Assembly: GCA_964016885.1 (NCBI GenBank)
Contig: OZ024747.1
Span: 65,286,001 to 65,350,000 of the forward strand
Reading direction: 5' to 3'
Origin: Eledone cirrhosa
Taxonomy: Eukaryota
Length of the DNA stretch: 64,000 nucleotides
Part shown: piece by piece, positions 40,801 to 53,553 of the stretch
Numbering within the stretch: the first letter of the stretch is position 1
How the letters are laid out: every line of letters starts with the position of its first letter
Position numbers and translations under genes: made by a program
The notes under the pieces: generated by a model
Database searches by the model: none
What the model was told of the DNA's origin: nothing
The model's input: only the letters and a program-made list of their open reading frames with translations

Positions 40801-43800
40801 GTCAGGGAGGGAAGGGCAGCACACATGACCTGTAGTCAGGGAGGGAAGGGCAGCACACATGACCTGTAATCAGGGAGGGAAGGGCAGCACACATGACTTG
40901 TAGTCAGGGAGGGAAGGGCAGCACACATGACCTGTAGTCAGGGAGGGAAGGGCAGCACACATGACCTGTAATCAGGGAGGGAAGGGCAGCACACATGACC
41001 TGTAGTCAGGGAGGGAAGGGCAGCACACATGACCTGTAGTCAGGGAGGGAAGGGAGCACACATGACCTGTAATCAGGGAGGGAAGGGCAGCACACATGAC
41101 TTGTAGTCAGGGAGGGAAGGACAGCACACATGACCTGTAGTCAGGGAGGGAAGGGCAGCACACATGACCTGTAATCAAGGAGGGAAGGGCAGCACACATG
41201 ACCTGTAATCAGGGAGGGAAGGGCAGCACACATGACTTGTAGTCAGGGAGGGAAGGGCAGCACACATGACCTGTAGTCAGGGAGGGAAGGGCAGCACACA
41301 TGACCTGTAGTCAGGGAGGGAAGGGCAACACATGACCTGTAATCAGGGAGGGAAGGGCAACACATGACCTGTAATCAGGGAGAGAAGGGCAGCACACATG
41401 ACCTGTAATCAGGGAGGGAAGGGCAGCACACATGACCTGTAATCAGGGAATGAAGGGCAGCACACATGACCTTTAGTCAGGGAGGGAAGGGCAACACATG
41501 ACCTGTAATCAGGGAGGGAAGGGCAACACATGACCTGTAATCAGGGAGGGAAGGGCAGCACACATGACCTGTAATCAGGGAGGGAAGGGCAGCACACATG
41601 ACCTGTAGTCAGGGAGGGAAGGGCAGCACACATGACCTGTAGTCAGGGAGGGAAGGGCAGCACACATGACCTGTAGTCAGGGAGGGAAGGGCAGCACACA
41701 TGACCTGTAATCAGGGAGGGAAGGGCAGCACACATGACCTGTAGTCAGGGAGGGAAGGGCAGCACACATGACCTGTAGTCAGGGAGGGAAGGGCAGCACA
41801 CATGACCTGTAGTCAGGGAGGGAAGGGCAGCACACATGACCTGTGATCAGGGAGGGAAGGGCAGCACACATGACCTGTAATCAGGGAGGGAAGGGCAGCA
41901 CACATGACCTGTAATCAGGGAGGGAAGGGCAGCACACATGACCTGTAATCAGGGAGGGAAGGGCAGCACACATGACCTGTAGTCAGGGAGGGAAGGGCAG
42001 CACACATGACCTGTAGTCAGGGAGGGAAGGGCAGCACACATGACCTGTAGTCAGGGAGGGAAGGGCAGCACACATGACCTGTAGTCAGGGAGGGAAGGGC
42101 AGCACACATGACCTGTAATCAGGGAGGGAAGGGCAGCACACATGACCTGTAGTCAGGGAGGGAAGGGCAGCACACGTGACCTGTAATCAGGGAGGGAAGG
42201 GCAACACATGACCTGTAATCAGGGAGGGAAGGGCAGCACACATGACCTGTAGTCAGGGAGGGAAGGGCAGCACACATGACCTGTAGTCAGGGAGGGAAGG
42301 GCAGCACACATGACCTGTAGTCAGGGAGGGAAGGGCAGCACACATGACCTGTAGTCAGGGAGGGAAGGGCAGCACACATGACCTGTAGTCAGGGAGGGAA
42401 GGGCAGCACACATGACCTGTAGTCAGGGAGGGAAGGGCAGCACACATGATCTGTAAGCAGGGAGGGAAGGGCAGCACACATGACCTGTAGTCAGGGAGGG
42501 AAGGGCAGCACACATGACCTGTAATCAGGGAGGGAAGGGCAGCACACATGACCTGTAGTCAGGGAGGGAAGGGCAGCACACATGATCTGTAAGCAGGGAG
42601 GGAAGGGCAGCACACATGACCTGTAGTCAGGGAGGGAAGGGCAGCACACATGACCTGTAGTCAGGGAGGGAAGGGCAGCACACATGACCTGTAATCAGGG
42701 AGAGAAGGGCAGCACACATGACTTGTAGTCAGGGAGGGAAGGGCAGCACACATGACCTGTAGTCAGGGAGGGAAGGGCAGCACACATGACCTGTAGTCAG
42801 GGAGGGAAGGGCAGCACACATGACCTGTAGTCAGGGAGGGAAGGGCAGCACACATGACCTGTAGTCAGGGAGGGAAGGGCAGCACACATGACCTGTAATC
42901 AGGGAGGGAAGGGCAGCACACATGACTTGTAGTCAGGGAGGGAAGGGCAGCACACATGACCTGTAGTCAGGGAGGGAAGGGCAGCACACATGACCTGTAA
43001 TCAGGGAGGGAAGGGCAGCACACATGACCTGTAATCAGGGAGGGAAGGGCAGCACACATGACTTGTAGTCAGGGAGGGAAGGGCAGCACACATGACCTGT
43101 AGTCAGGGAGGGAAGGGCAGCACACATGACCTGTAGTCAGGGAGGGAAGGGCAGCACACATGACCTGTAGTCAGGGAGGGAAGGGCAGCACACATGACCT
43201 GTAGTCAGGGAGGGAAGGGCAGCACACATGACCTGTAGTCAGGGAGGGAAGGGCAGCACACATGACTTGTAGTCAGGGAGGGAAGGGCAGCACACATGAC
43301 CTGTAGTCAGGGAGGGAAGGGCAGCACACATGACCTGTAATCAGGGAGGGAAGGTTGCTACACATGACCTGTAGTCAGAGAGGGAAGGGCAGCACACATG
43401 ACCTGTAATCAGGGAGGGAAGGGCAGCACACATGACCTGTAGTCAGAGAAGGAAGGTTGCTACACATGACCTGTAGTCAGGGAGGTAAGGTTGCTACACA
43501 TGACCTGTAGTCAGGGAGGGAAGGTTGCTACACATGACCTGTAATCAGGGAGGTAAGGTTGCTACACATGACCTGTAATCAGGGAGGGAAGGGCAGCACA
43601 CATGACCTGTAGTCAGGGAGGGAAGGTTGCTACACATGACCTGTAGTCAGGGAGGTAAGGTTGCTACACATGACCTGTAATCAGGGAGGGAAGGGCAGCA
43701 CACATGACCTGTAGTCAGGGAGGGAAGGGCAGCACACATGACCTGTAGTCAGGGAGGGAAGGTTGCTACACATGACCTGTAATCAGGGAGGTAAGGTTGC

Positions 43801-44496
43801 TACACATGACCTGTAGTCAGGGAGGGAAGGGCAGCACACATGACCTGTAGTCAGGGAGGTAAGGTTGCTACACATGACCTGTAGTCAGGGAGGGAAGGTT
43901 GCTACACATGACCTGTAGTCAGGGAGGGAAGGGCAGCACACATGACCTGTAGTCAGAGAAGGAAGGGCAGCACACATGACCTGTAGTCAGGGAGGGAAGG
44001 GCAGCACACATGACCTGTAGTCAGGGAGGGAAGGGCAGCACACATGACCTGTAGTCAGGGAGGGAAGGGCAGCACACATGACCTGTAGTCAGGGAGGGAA
44101 GGGCAGCACACATGACCTGTAGTCAGGGAGGGAAGGGCAGCACACATGACCTGTAGTCAGGGAGGGAAGGGCAGCACACATGACCTGTAGTCAGAGAAGG
44201 AAGGGCAGCACACATGACCTGTAGTCAGAGAGGGAAGGGCAGCACACATGACCTGTAGTCAGGGAGGGAAGGGCAGCACACATGACCTGTAGTCAGGGAG
44301 GGAAGGGCAGCACACATGACCTGTAGTCAGAGAAGGAAGGGCAGCACACATGACCTGTAGTCAGGGAGGGAAGGTTGCTACACATGACCTGTAGTCAGGG
44401 AGGGAAGGGCAGCACACATGACCTGTAGTCAGGGAGGGAAGGGCAGCACACATGACCTGTAGTCAGAGAAGGAAGGTTGCTACACATGACCTTTAG
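25877..44496. repeat. ~18.6-kb array of a 34-bp minisatellite (cagggagggaagggcagcacacatgacctgta[g/a]t), roughly 550 units, inside a CFAP65 intron
   Basis: Continuous tandem units with 32/33-bp deletion variants and degenerate edges; no unique spacers. Confidence 0.99.
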
Positions 44497-44520
44497 CGAT
44501 AATAATAATAATATTCTCAC

Positions 44521-44677
44521 CAATCAATAGAAAAGTAAGACCAGAGTTGTCGTTTCCTGATACCTCCAGCACTTTGTCTTCCTTGTATGTCAATAATAAT
44601 AATCAGAGGAAACACACCAGTTATTAACAGATCACTCAGATGTTTGTAGTCTGTAATATTGGGGGTTTTCACAATAT
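44521..44677 (-). CDS. CFAP65: CFAP65 exon: DIVKTPNITDYKHLSDLLITGVFPLIIIIDIQGRQSAGGIRKRQLWSYFSID(C)
   Basis: Acceptor tatttcag (an alternative in-frame AG would start the exon at 44650), donor gtgaga. GVFP..D..G.SAGGI.K.QLW..FS.D matches the recalled CFAP65 motif AVYP..D....SAEGI.RKHLW.LFSLD. Confidence 0.88.
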
Positions 44678-44804
44678 CTGAAATAGATTCACATTTTAAC
44701 AGTTTCACATTTATTTTGGTTTGTTTTCAGGAATTCAATACAAAAAAATAGTACAAATAATGTTTATCAACACCACACACCTTGCAATTCTTGAATGGAT
44801 TCTC

Positions 44805-44892
<88 letters not shown>

Positions 44893-45018
44893 CACATATA
44901 TATATAAATATACATATATATATACATATATATAAATATACATATATATATACACACACACACCAATCCCTCCATATACTATACACACACATCTAGTTTC
45001 CATGCATTATATATACAT

Positions 45019-45408
45019 GGTGGATTGGCAGTATCAGTAGAGGGTCGGACACGATGCTTTGATGCATAGAGTTAAGGCCCTTGCCATTCTGAATTCAAAT
45101 CCAGCCGAGGTTAACTTTGCCTTTCAACCTTACTGGGTCGATAAAATAAAGTACCAGTAATGCACTGGGATAACTGCTGGCCTTGTGCCAAAAGTAGAAA
45201 CAATTATATATATATATACAGGACGGTGAATTGGCAGTATCGGTAGAGGGTCGGATATGCTTTCCAGCATAGAGTTACATCCCTTTACAATCTGAGTTCA
45301 AATCCCGCTGAGGTTAACTTTGCCTTTCATCCTTACGGGGTCGATAAAATAAAGTACCAGTAATGCACTGGGTAATTGCTGGTCTTGTGCCAAATGGAGA
45401 AACAATTA
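45019..45408 (+). mobile_element. Two tandem SINE-A copies
   Basis: ggtg(g/a)attggcagtatc...ttcaaatcc...gtcgataaaataaagtaccag occurs twice. Confidence 0.88.
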
Positions 45409-45557
45409 TATATATACCCACACACACATCCAGCCTTCCCTACACTATATATATATACACACACACACACACACATCCATCCTTTCATACACTATACACT
45501 CACACACACACGTTCATTCCTTCTTACACATGCAAATTTCAGTAATGTATGAAATAC

Positions 45558-45686
45558 CTTCATTGAGTATGATCTTATAGAAGATACTAAACTGGAATGT
45601 TCCTTGTGCAGGTGGCACCACTACAATGTTGAGGATCTGCCGAGATTTAGCGGCCATTACCAGCTCTTCCTCACTCATATCAATAG
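45558..45686 (-). CDS. CFAP65: CFAP65 (CCDC108) internal exon, first in window: (A)IDMSEEELVMAAKSRQILNIVVVPPAQGTFQFSIFYKIILNE
   Basis: Acceptor cattgcag and donor gtattt; 129 bp (2+126+1) splices in frame to the next exon. The peptide resembles, from memory, the CFAP65 segment preceding the GVYP...LWxxFSLD motif. Confidence 0.8.
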
Positions 45687-46026
45687 CTGCAATGATAAAC
45701 ATTAATTAAATAACAACTAGCAGAAAAACCACCGTTTGGGTGATTTTCTGCTAGCATGTGTAATGTGCATATTGATATTATACGCAAATATATATATAAG
45801 AGATAAGACACACTCTACTCTGAAAGGCTAAAATGAATCACTAGAGTTGATTTAGCTACATTCCAGTCATCCATCCATACAAATCTGGCCAGGTATTTCA
45901 GCCACTACAACACATCTATTTTGTTATCCTCATTTTCCCTACCATGTTGACTCTGTCTCTGCCTATTTTTCCATCTAAGGCTACAGGCCATGACTGGCTA
46001 TTATTAATATTATTGTTGCTGTATTC

Positions 46027-46348
46027 TATTGGCTACTTTGCAATCGAAAGGTTGTGAGTTCAATTCTCAGACCGGGTGATGTGTTGTTTCCTTGAGCAAG
46101 ACACTTTATTTCACATTGCTCCAGTTTACTCAGCTGTAGAAATGAGATGATAGGGACTGGGGTCCATATCATTCCACTGCAAAGTGGTCGTGCAGGTGCC
46201 ACGGCAAAAAAGCACCCAGCACTCACTGTAAATGAGGTTGGTGTTAGGAAGGGCATCCAGCTGAAGAGCATCCAAGCCAAAAATCAGTTCCCGTCCCACC
46301 CTTGCAAGCAGGGAAAAGCGGACGTAAAATGAAATGATGATGAAATGA
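46027..46348 (+). mobile_element. SINE family B (5' end eroded)
   Basis: Homologous to 6645-6985, with the RTE-type tail. Confidence 0.87.
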
Positions 46349-48179
46349 TATATGCATGTAGATATGATACATCAAATAAAATCGTAATTGACAATATGCA
46401 CAGAAATTGCACAAAGATTGCGTTATACTCTCTTCTGTAATCAGTAACGTAATCCATAATACATTAAAAAACAGACGATAATATATATAAACTGCATTAG
46501 AAGAAAATTAGTGACGGAAATATATGAATGTTTATTTAAGCGTACGCTAACCGGAAAGTGTTGACATTTGAAAATTTTAAAGAAGTGAATCTTTAAATAA
46601 GCAATAAAATATATTTAATCAAAAGCTACAAAATTTAGCAGATAAATTATGTAATATTCATTTATTATTTTTTCAAAGTAATCCAATTTATTTTACAAAC
46701 GAGATAAAAAATTATATTCTGGATGTAGTCTCACACTCCATTCTTTATTATAGTTAAGACGATGATGATGATGATAGTTATGATGGTGGTGGTGATGATG
46801 AGGCTGATGAGGGGGTGGAGCAGAGGATGAGGGGGTGGGGTGCTTTCTGGGGGGATTTTCTGGTGGTGGTGGTGGTGGTGGTGTTGATGTTGATGATGAT
46901 GATGATGATGAGGAGGAGGATGGATGGAGGAGGAGGGATGGGGGTGATAAGGAGGAGGGTAGGGTGGTGGTATAGTTTTCATGGTAGTATAGTTGTGGTG
47001 GAGGTTAGTGGTGGTGGTGGCGGTGGTATAGTTTTGGTGGTAGTATAGTTGTGGTAGTAGTATTGGTGGTAGTAGTCCCATCTCATCAGTTGACCACTAG
47101 AGATACGTTATTTCGATGCTTATAGTTGTATGTACTCAATGTAATTTTTAGGGTGTGTCTGCATGATACAGTATGTGACAAGGCTGGCCCTTTGAATTGC
47201 AGGTACAATCCTTACAATGAAAATATATTGTTATGCCACTGAAAGAGGTAACATCTATCATTATCTTATCAAGTGCATGTGTGTGTTGATATTCTCTCTC
47301 TTTCAGTCACTACTTCCATCTCTCTCTCACTCTCCCCATCTCTCACTATTATATGCAAATGGGGGCCCATGTACTAGCTGCTCCATGGTCCCAGCGGACA
47401 GAATAGAGAAGGTGTTTCCCCAGAGTATGGTGAGGGGGACGCGTTGGAAGAACATACTTCCAAGCAATTTCTATCTTTGGGCTTTGCTCTGATTGAAATA
47501 TAGTGTAGGTGTAAATATTAAAAATGTATTCACCTATAAAGATGAGGTCAATAGTCTAAACAAATTATAATTCTACTTAAAAAACAATTCATTTCAGACA
47601 TTTAATTATTTCAGCTAAATCAATTTAAAATAAATATAAAATAAACTTAAACTGAATTATCTACATAAATAAAATTAATTACATTTAATCGTTTCTGTGA
47701 AATATTGACATGTTACTATGGCTATGGAAAAAATGCAGTGGGGAAAAAAAATACATTATTAGGGAAATAAATTCATTTTAAAAATTCATGGGAAGAATAT
47801 AAATAAAAATTATTGTTTGAAATGAGAAAGCCGCCAGATGGTATGAACGGTTCATCATCTTCATCAACATCATTTAATGCATGCTTTTCCATGTTGGCAC
47901 AAGTTGAACGAGTTGTTCCAGACCAAGACAATACTTAACCAGAGCTCCTATTCTCTGGTGGACATGTTTTGTTTACATATACATTCTGATTTTGGCATGG
48001 TTTCTAGAGCTGGATGTCTTTCCTGTCACCATCCACTTTACAGAGTGTACTAGGCACATTTTTATTTTGACAAGACTAAAGGGTCATCTCTTCCCTATCT
48101 TGACTCAGTTCATTCATCTGCCAGTTGGGTTCACAACAAGCAAAAAGGTGATCTCTCCATGCAACCTCCAATTACTACC

Positions 48180-48600
48180 TCACTTGCATTTAGACTCAGC
48201 CTCCACTAGCCCTCAAACATTCTTTCCAGTGAGTCCTGTCAGAAGCAATCATCTACTTTTGACCCAGCTGACCACCCAAGCAAGACCAGCCAAGCTCATG
48301 GATGTTATCCAACCATCTTGCTCAGAGTCTACTCTGGGTTTCCTGCTAGTTGATTTTGCCCATAAAATCTGTCCAGTGATTATTTCCTGAGACATTCTAA
48401 CCACATGCATATAGTATCGGAACTGACCTCTCAATTTCGAGAAGTAGCAGCTCTAACTGGAGTGACTCTCTGATCTCCGAGCTTCACACTCTATCGAGTG
48501 ACATTACTCCAGAGACCCTTCAGGAGAACCCCAATCCAGCCCCTTGTATTTGTGATAGTATTCTTTCAGTCATTATCCAAGATTCATGACCATAGGTATG
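48180..48600 (-). mobile_element. Degenerate RTE-clade LINE 3' region (different family)
   Basis: TYGHESWIMTERI and QFRYYMHVVRMSQEIITGQILWAKSTSRKPR resemble RTE C-terminal motifs. Confidence 0.6.
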
Positions 48601-49860
48601 TAAATGTGTTATTTAGTCATGCAGTTCTTATTGTTAATGCTGAATCTTGTTTGGCTGCTTCCTAATATCACTACAGACTCTACGGTATATATCTCCTTTA
48701 TTCAGTGAACGTTTAATCTAGCTATTACATAAACTTATAAAACCAACATTTATCCTAACACACTACTAATTGCACAGATCACTTCCAGTTGCACTTTATG
48801 TAGCAGCAGGTGAATTAGAAAAAGAATTTAAAAAAAGATACATGCAACTATGAAAACAAAAACCTTCAAGCCTACCCACCACCAACACCAACACCTTTCC
48901 CCCACTGTCCTGTTAAAGTGGTTAACATGATGGAATTCTATTGTCAAAATAAAGGTTCCATTTATAATTTACACAGCAATAAACAATAAACAACAATGAA
49001 TAAAAATAACAAGACAAAAGAAAATAAGACAAAAGAAAATAACAAGACAAAAGAAAATAACAAGACAAAAGCAATTAAAAAGCAAAAAAAAAGCAAAGGT
49101 CTACACTGTTATTTGGTCCATATATCTCAGTGACAATCCCACAGGAAAAGATGGTGAAAAATAACAGTAGAATGCATACAAAACAAACATCCTTGGGGAC
49201 CTGTGAGCACTTTATCAGATACAAACATTCCACAACAAAGTGTTACAAGACAACAGGTTTAAAATATAAATAAGATGACTAAAAAAAAACATAAATTAAA
49301 AAAAATAATAACAAACAAAGAAAAAAAAGAAGGAATAAATTCCTAGAAGGTGAACTTAATAGTATTTTTTATAACTTTAAAATATCGCATTTAGAATGTT
49401 TGATACATGGTAAAGAGGAGAGAGATAGTTGTAGGTAAAGTTATTGCTGTGTTGTTATATCTTCATATTTGTATTGATGTTGTTGTTGTTCATAGTGTTG
49501 TTATTCTTAGTGGCTGTGTTCTTGTTGCTGATAGTGTTGTTATTGTTAGTGATAGTGTTGTTGTTCTTGTTGCTGATAGTGTTGTTATTGTTAACAGTAG
49601 AGGTGTTGTTGCTGATGCTGATGGTGTTATTGTTTTTAGTGGTAGCGTTGTTGTTGCTAGTGCTGATAGTGTTGTTGTTAGTGGCAGTGTTGTTGTTGTT
49701 GTTGTTGTTGTTAGTGACAGTATTGTTGTTGTTGTTGCTGTTAGTGTTGTTATTGTTAGCAGTGTTGTTGTTGTTAGTGTTGCTGCTGTTGTTTTTAATG
49801 GTGGTGATGTTGTTGGTTACAAACTAAACATTAAACACTTCCATCCTCAACCCGTGTCCA

Positions 49861-50102
49861 TCACATTTCCAGGTCCTGAAAGACAGGTGACAACGGTAGC
49901 TCTCACCTTCCAAAGTCCTCTGAAACAGGTGACAACTGTATTGAATACCTTCCCATGTCCTGAAAGACAGGTAAAAACTGTAGCTTTAACCTTTCCAGGC
50001 CTTCAGAGACAGGTGAGAACTTTGCCTGTCCCCCATCTCAGGTTCACTGACACAAGTGACAACTCTGATCTTCCTTCACCTTCCCAAGTCCTCTGAGACA
50101 GG
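49861..50102. repeat. Degenerate ~42-bp tandem repeat, about 5 units, preceded by (GTT)-rich microsatellite 49470-49815
   Basis: acaggt(g/a)a...accttcc recurs at about 42-bp spacing. Confidence 0.7.
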
Positions 50103-50176
50103 GGAAAATAAAATGAATATTAAAACTCTACTCTGGTATTGAGTACTCTTTTCTCTCAGCCTTCAACTGCATATGG

Positions 50177-50248
<72 letters not shown>

Positions 50249-50298
50249 TACAGTAAACGTTGACTAAACAGGGTTGCATATGTAATGCACCAATCAGT

Positions 50299-50477
50299 AA
50301 ATAATTGTTTCTACTTTTGGCACAAGGCCAGCAATTACCCAGTATATTACTGGTACTTTATTTTATCGACCCCATAAGGATGAAAGGCAAAGTTAACCTC
50401 GGCGGGATTTGAACTCAGAACGTAAAGGGACGTAACTATGTGTCCGACCCTCTACTGATACTGTCAATCGACCACCG
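50299..50477 (-). mobile_element. SINE family A
   Basis: Homologous to 24773-24967. Confidence 0.85.
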
Positions 50478-50525
<48 letters not shown>

Positions 50526-51597
50526 CTTTCTTTCTTTATTAACCACAAGGGTTTACACAAAGTAAGACATTAAGGACAGTACAGGACAATACAAGACAAT
50601 ATAGGACGGTACAAATGGGCATTTCTGCGTGTAAAAAACAACAAAAATAGAGGATGTAACAAAAAAGGAATAATAAATGTGAAGACTGAAATCCAAAGAG
50701 GGCTCGATAAGGATAAATATATATCAAATATATAAGAACCCTGGAGCAAATATTTATTAAAATAACAAGTTAAAGTTTAAGCAAAGAATCACTGCTTTCA
50801 CCCTTAACGGGATCTTCTGAAACTTGGTCAAAAGGGAGAGGCAGTGCCTGTGGCCTAGACAAGCCCTCCAAGATTTAAGAGATTAATGCAATTGATATTC
50901 TGCTTATATTGTTTCAGATTCACTGCTTTGAGGAGGGAGTTACAAATAACCAACATTTTGGACAAGAAGGAGTAGACAAGATTGGGCACAGTGATTAGTG
51001 TAGGGTATAATGGCTATAACTATGTGGGAGCTGATCAGATAGGCTGTTCTATCTTTGTGTAATATAGTAGGGTTAAGGTTTGAGGGAGAATAGGCTGCTA
51101 TTCCAAGCATGTCCAGTGATCATGCAGACACTAATTTTTATGAAAAGAGAGTGTTATATAACATACCACCGCATACTACCATCCTATGTGTGTGTGTGTG
51201 CATGTGTATATATATATGTATGTGAGTGAGTTTAAATATGTGTGTGTATATATATATATATATATATGTATGTGAGTGAGTGTAAATATATGTGTGTATA
51301 TATATATATATGTACACACACACACACACATATATATATGCTTGTATCATATTTTCATTTATATATTTATTATATAGTTTTTATTATTGCTGAAGGAAAT
51401 AATGATAGTGATGATAATGATATTGATAGTGATGATGATGATGATGATGGTGAGGAGGAGAAGGAAGAGGACAAAGATGGGTTGAATGCTGATGTAATTA
51501 AAACCAAGATCAGTGAGTTGTGCAATTATGACAAATTACTTGGAAAGAAAATTTTTCACATATTGGCAGACAAACACACACTCATATATATATATAT

Positions 51598-53134
51598 ATC
51601 ATCATCATCATGATCATCATCATTTTATGTCCGCTTTTCCCTGCTTGCAAGGGTGGGATGGGTCTTATTCAGCACAGCATCTCTCCACTCGTCACGGTCC
51701 TTCGTCATCTCCACCGTGAGCTTCAATGATCTGAGGTCTGTTCTCACCACCTCCGCCCATGTTTTTCGTGGTCTACCTCTACCACGTCTTCCTTCAACTG
51801 GCATTTCCTGGCACTTCTTCACCCATCGGTCATCCTCCATGCGCATCACATATCCATACCACCTCAGTCTCCTCTCCCGTACACTACATTCAATCCCTCT
51901 CAGACACAGTTTCTCTCTCAACACATGTATGCTGGGTCGTTCACGAACATTTACACTGCACATCCAACGGAGCATGCTTGCCTCATTTCTCTCCAGCCAT
52001 CGCATATTCTCTGCAGTCGCTGCTCATGTCTCACTACCATGCAGCATCGCGCTCCTCACACAGGCATCATACAACCGGCCTTTCGTACGCAGGGAGAAAC
52101 CCTTCTTCGTCAACAGAGGAAGCAGCTCCATAAACTTCTTCCAACCCGTCCTTATTCTAGATACTATGGCCTCGGAACACCCTCCTCCCATGCTAATCTG
52201 ATCTCCTAGGTACCGGAAGCTATCCACCACTTCTATAGCGCCCTCCTGCATTTGAAAAATGTGTCTATCAATGCAACTTCTACTGTCTAATTTCCCTGTA
52301 CATCTACTGCATACATATTTCTCCCTACCTGTTAGTTTGCCTGCTATCCCGCTACATCTCTTGTGTACCCAGGATCTGCATTGTGTGCATTTTATAGGAT
52401 TTATGCCAGTTCCTTTTCTGCATATCGAACATGGCCATTTCCCTGACGGAATCAGGGTTTTGTCCTCTTTTCTACTCATCAACACTTTTGTCCTAGCTAG
52501 GTTCACTCTCAGTCCTCTTGCTTCCAACTGCTGTTTCCATAGCCAGAATTTATTCTCTAGCTCCTCTACTGATTCTGCTATAAGAACCAGATCGTCAGCA
52601 TAGAGAAGTTCCCATGGACAGCCAGTCTTAAACTCCTCTGTTATGGCTTGGAGGACTATAATGAACAAGACCGGGCTGAGGATCGAACCCTGATGTACTC
52701 CTACTTGTATCTGGAATTCCTCACTAAACTCCATTCCTACCCTGACTTTACTGAGAGTACCTCTGTACAAAGTTTGCACTGTCCTCACAAGCCATTCCTC
52801 AACACCTAGCTTCCTTAGGGACCACCAGATGACAGATCGGGTACCCTATCAAAGGCCTTCTCTAGGTCAACAAAGGTTAAGTATAGTGGCTTATTTTTCT
52901 CTAAGAACCTCTCTTGCAATTGTCACACCAAGAAGAGGGCATCTGTTGTACTCTTCCCAGGCACAAAACCAAACTGCATCTCATCTAGTTTGACCCTTTC
53001 TCTAATTAGTTGTACTAATATCCTTTCTGCCACTTTCATAACCTGATCCATCAGTTTCATACCCCTATAATTGCTCCACTCCAAAGCATCCCCTTTACCT
53101 TTGTAGCAATTTGTGAGAATACTGCTGCACCAGT
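51598..53134 (-). mobile_element. 5'-truncated RTE-clade LINE (RT, PHD-like finger, C-terminus, (gat)n tail); disrupted pseudogene
   Basis: RT motifs GVHQGSILSP, LLYADD and FRYLG; C-terminal RRLRWYGYV...RGRGRPRKTW; ORF broken into pieces. Confidence 0.93.
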
Positions 53135-53136
53135 CT

Positions 53137-53176
<40 letters not shown>

Positions 53177-53195
53177 AGATTCAGGACCCCCAACA

Positions 53196-53226
<31 letters not shown>

Positions 53227-53298
53227 TATATATACATATATATATATATATATAATTTAGATATATATGTATACATACACACATAGAAATGGGTGTGC

Positions 53299-53390
<92 letters not shown>

Positions 53391-53517
53391 ATATACATAT
53401 ATTTAGATATATATATGTGTATATATATATAAATATATATATATACATACATATACATACTAACATATATACACATATCAACACACACACACAAAGTGAT
53501 GTAAATATATACATACA

Positions 53518-53552
<35 letters not shown>

Positions 53553-53553
<1 letters not shown>

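Noticed and set aside
25877-44496. CRISPR-like array or repetitive protein gene (MCAALPSLTTGHVCC ORFs)
   Set aside because: Units are contiguous with no unique spacers and no cas genes; the 34-bp period breaks frame, and the ORFs arise only where a variant removes a stop.
45717-45754. Short hairpin ctagcagaaaa...ttttctgctag
   Set aside because: Only 11-bp arms; possibly a Helitron-end remnant but unsupported.
53135-53550. IYIY/VCVC ORFs here and throughout the window
   Set aside because: Products of (TA)n and (CA)n microsatellites.
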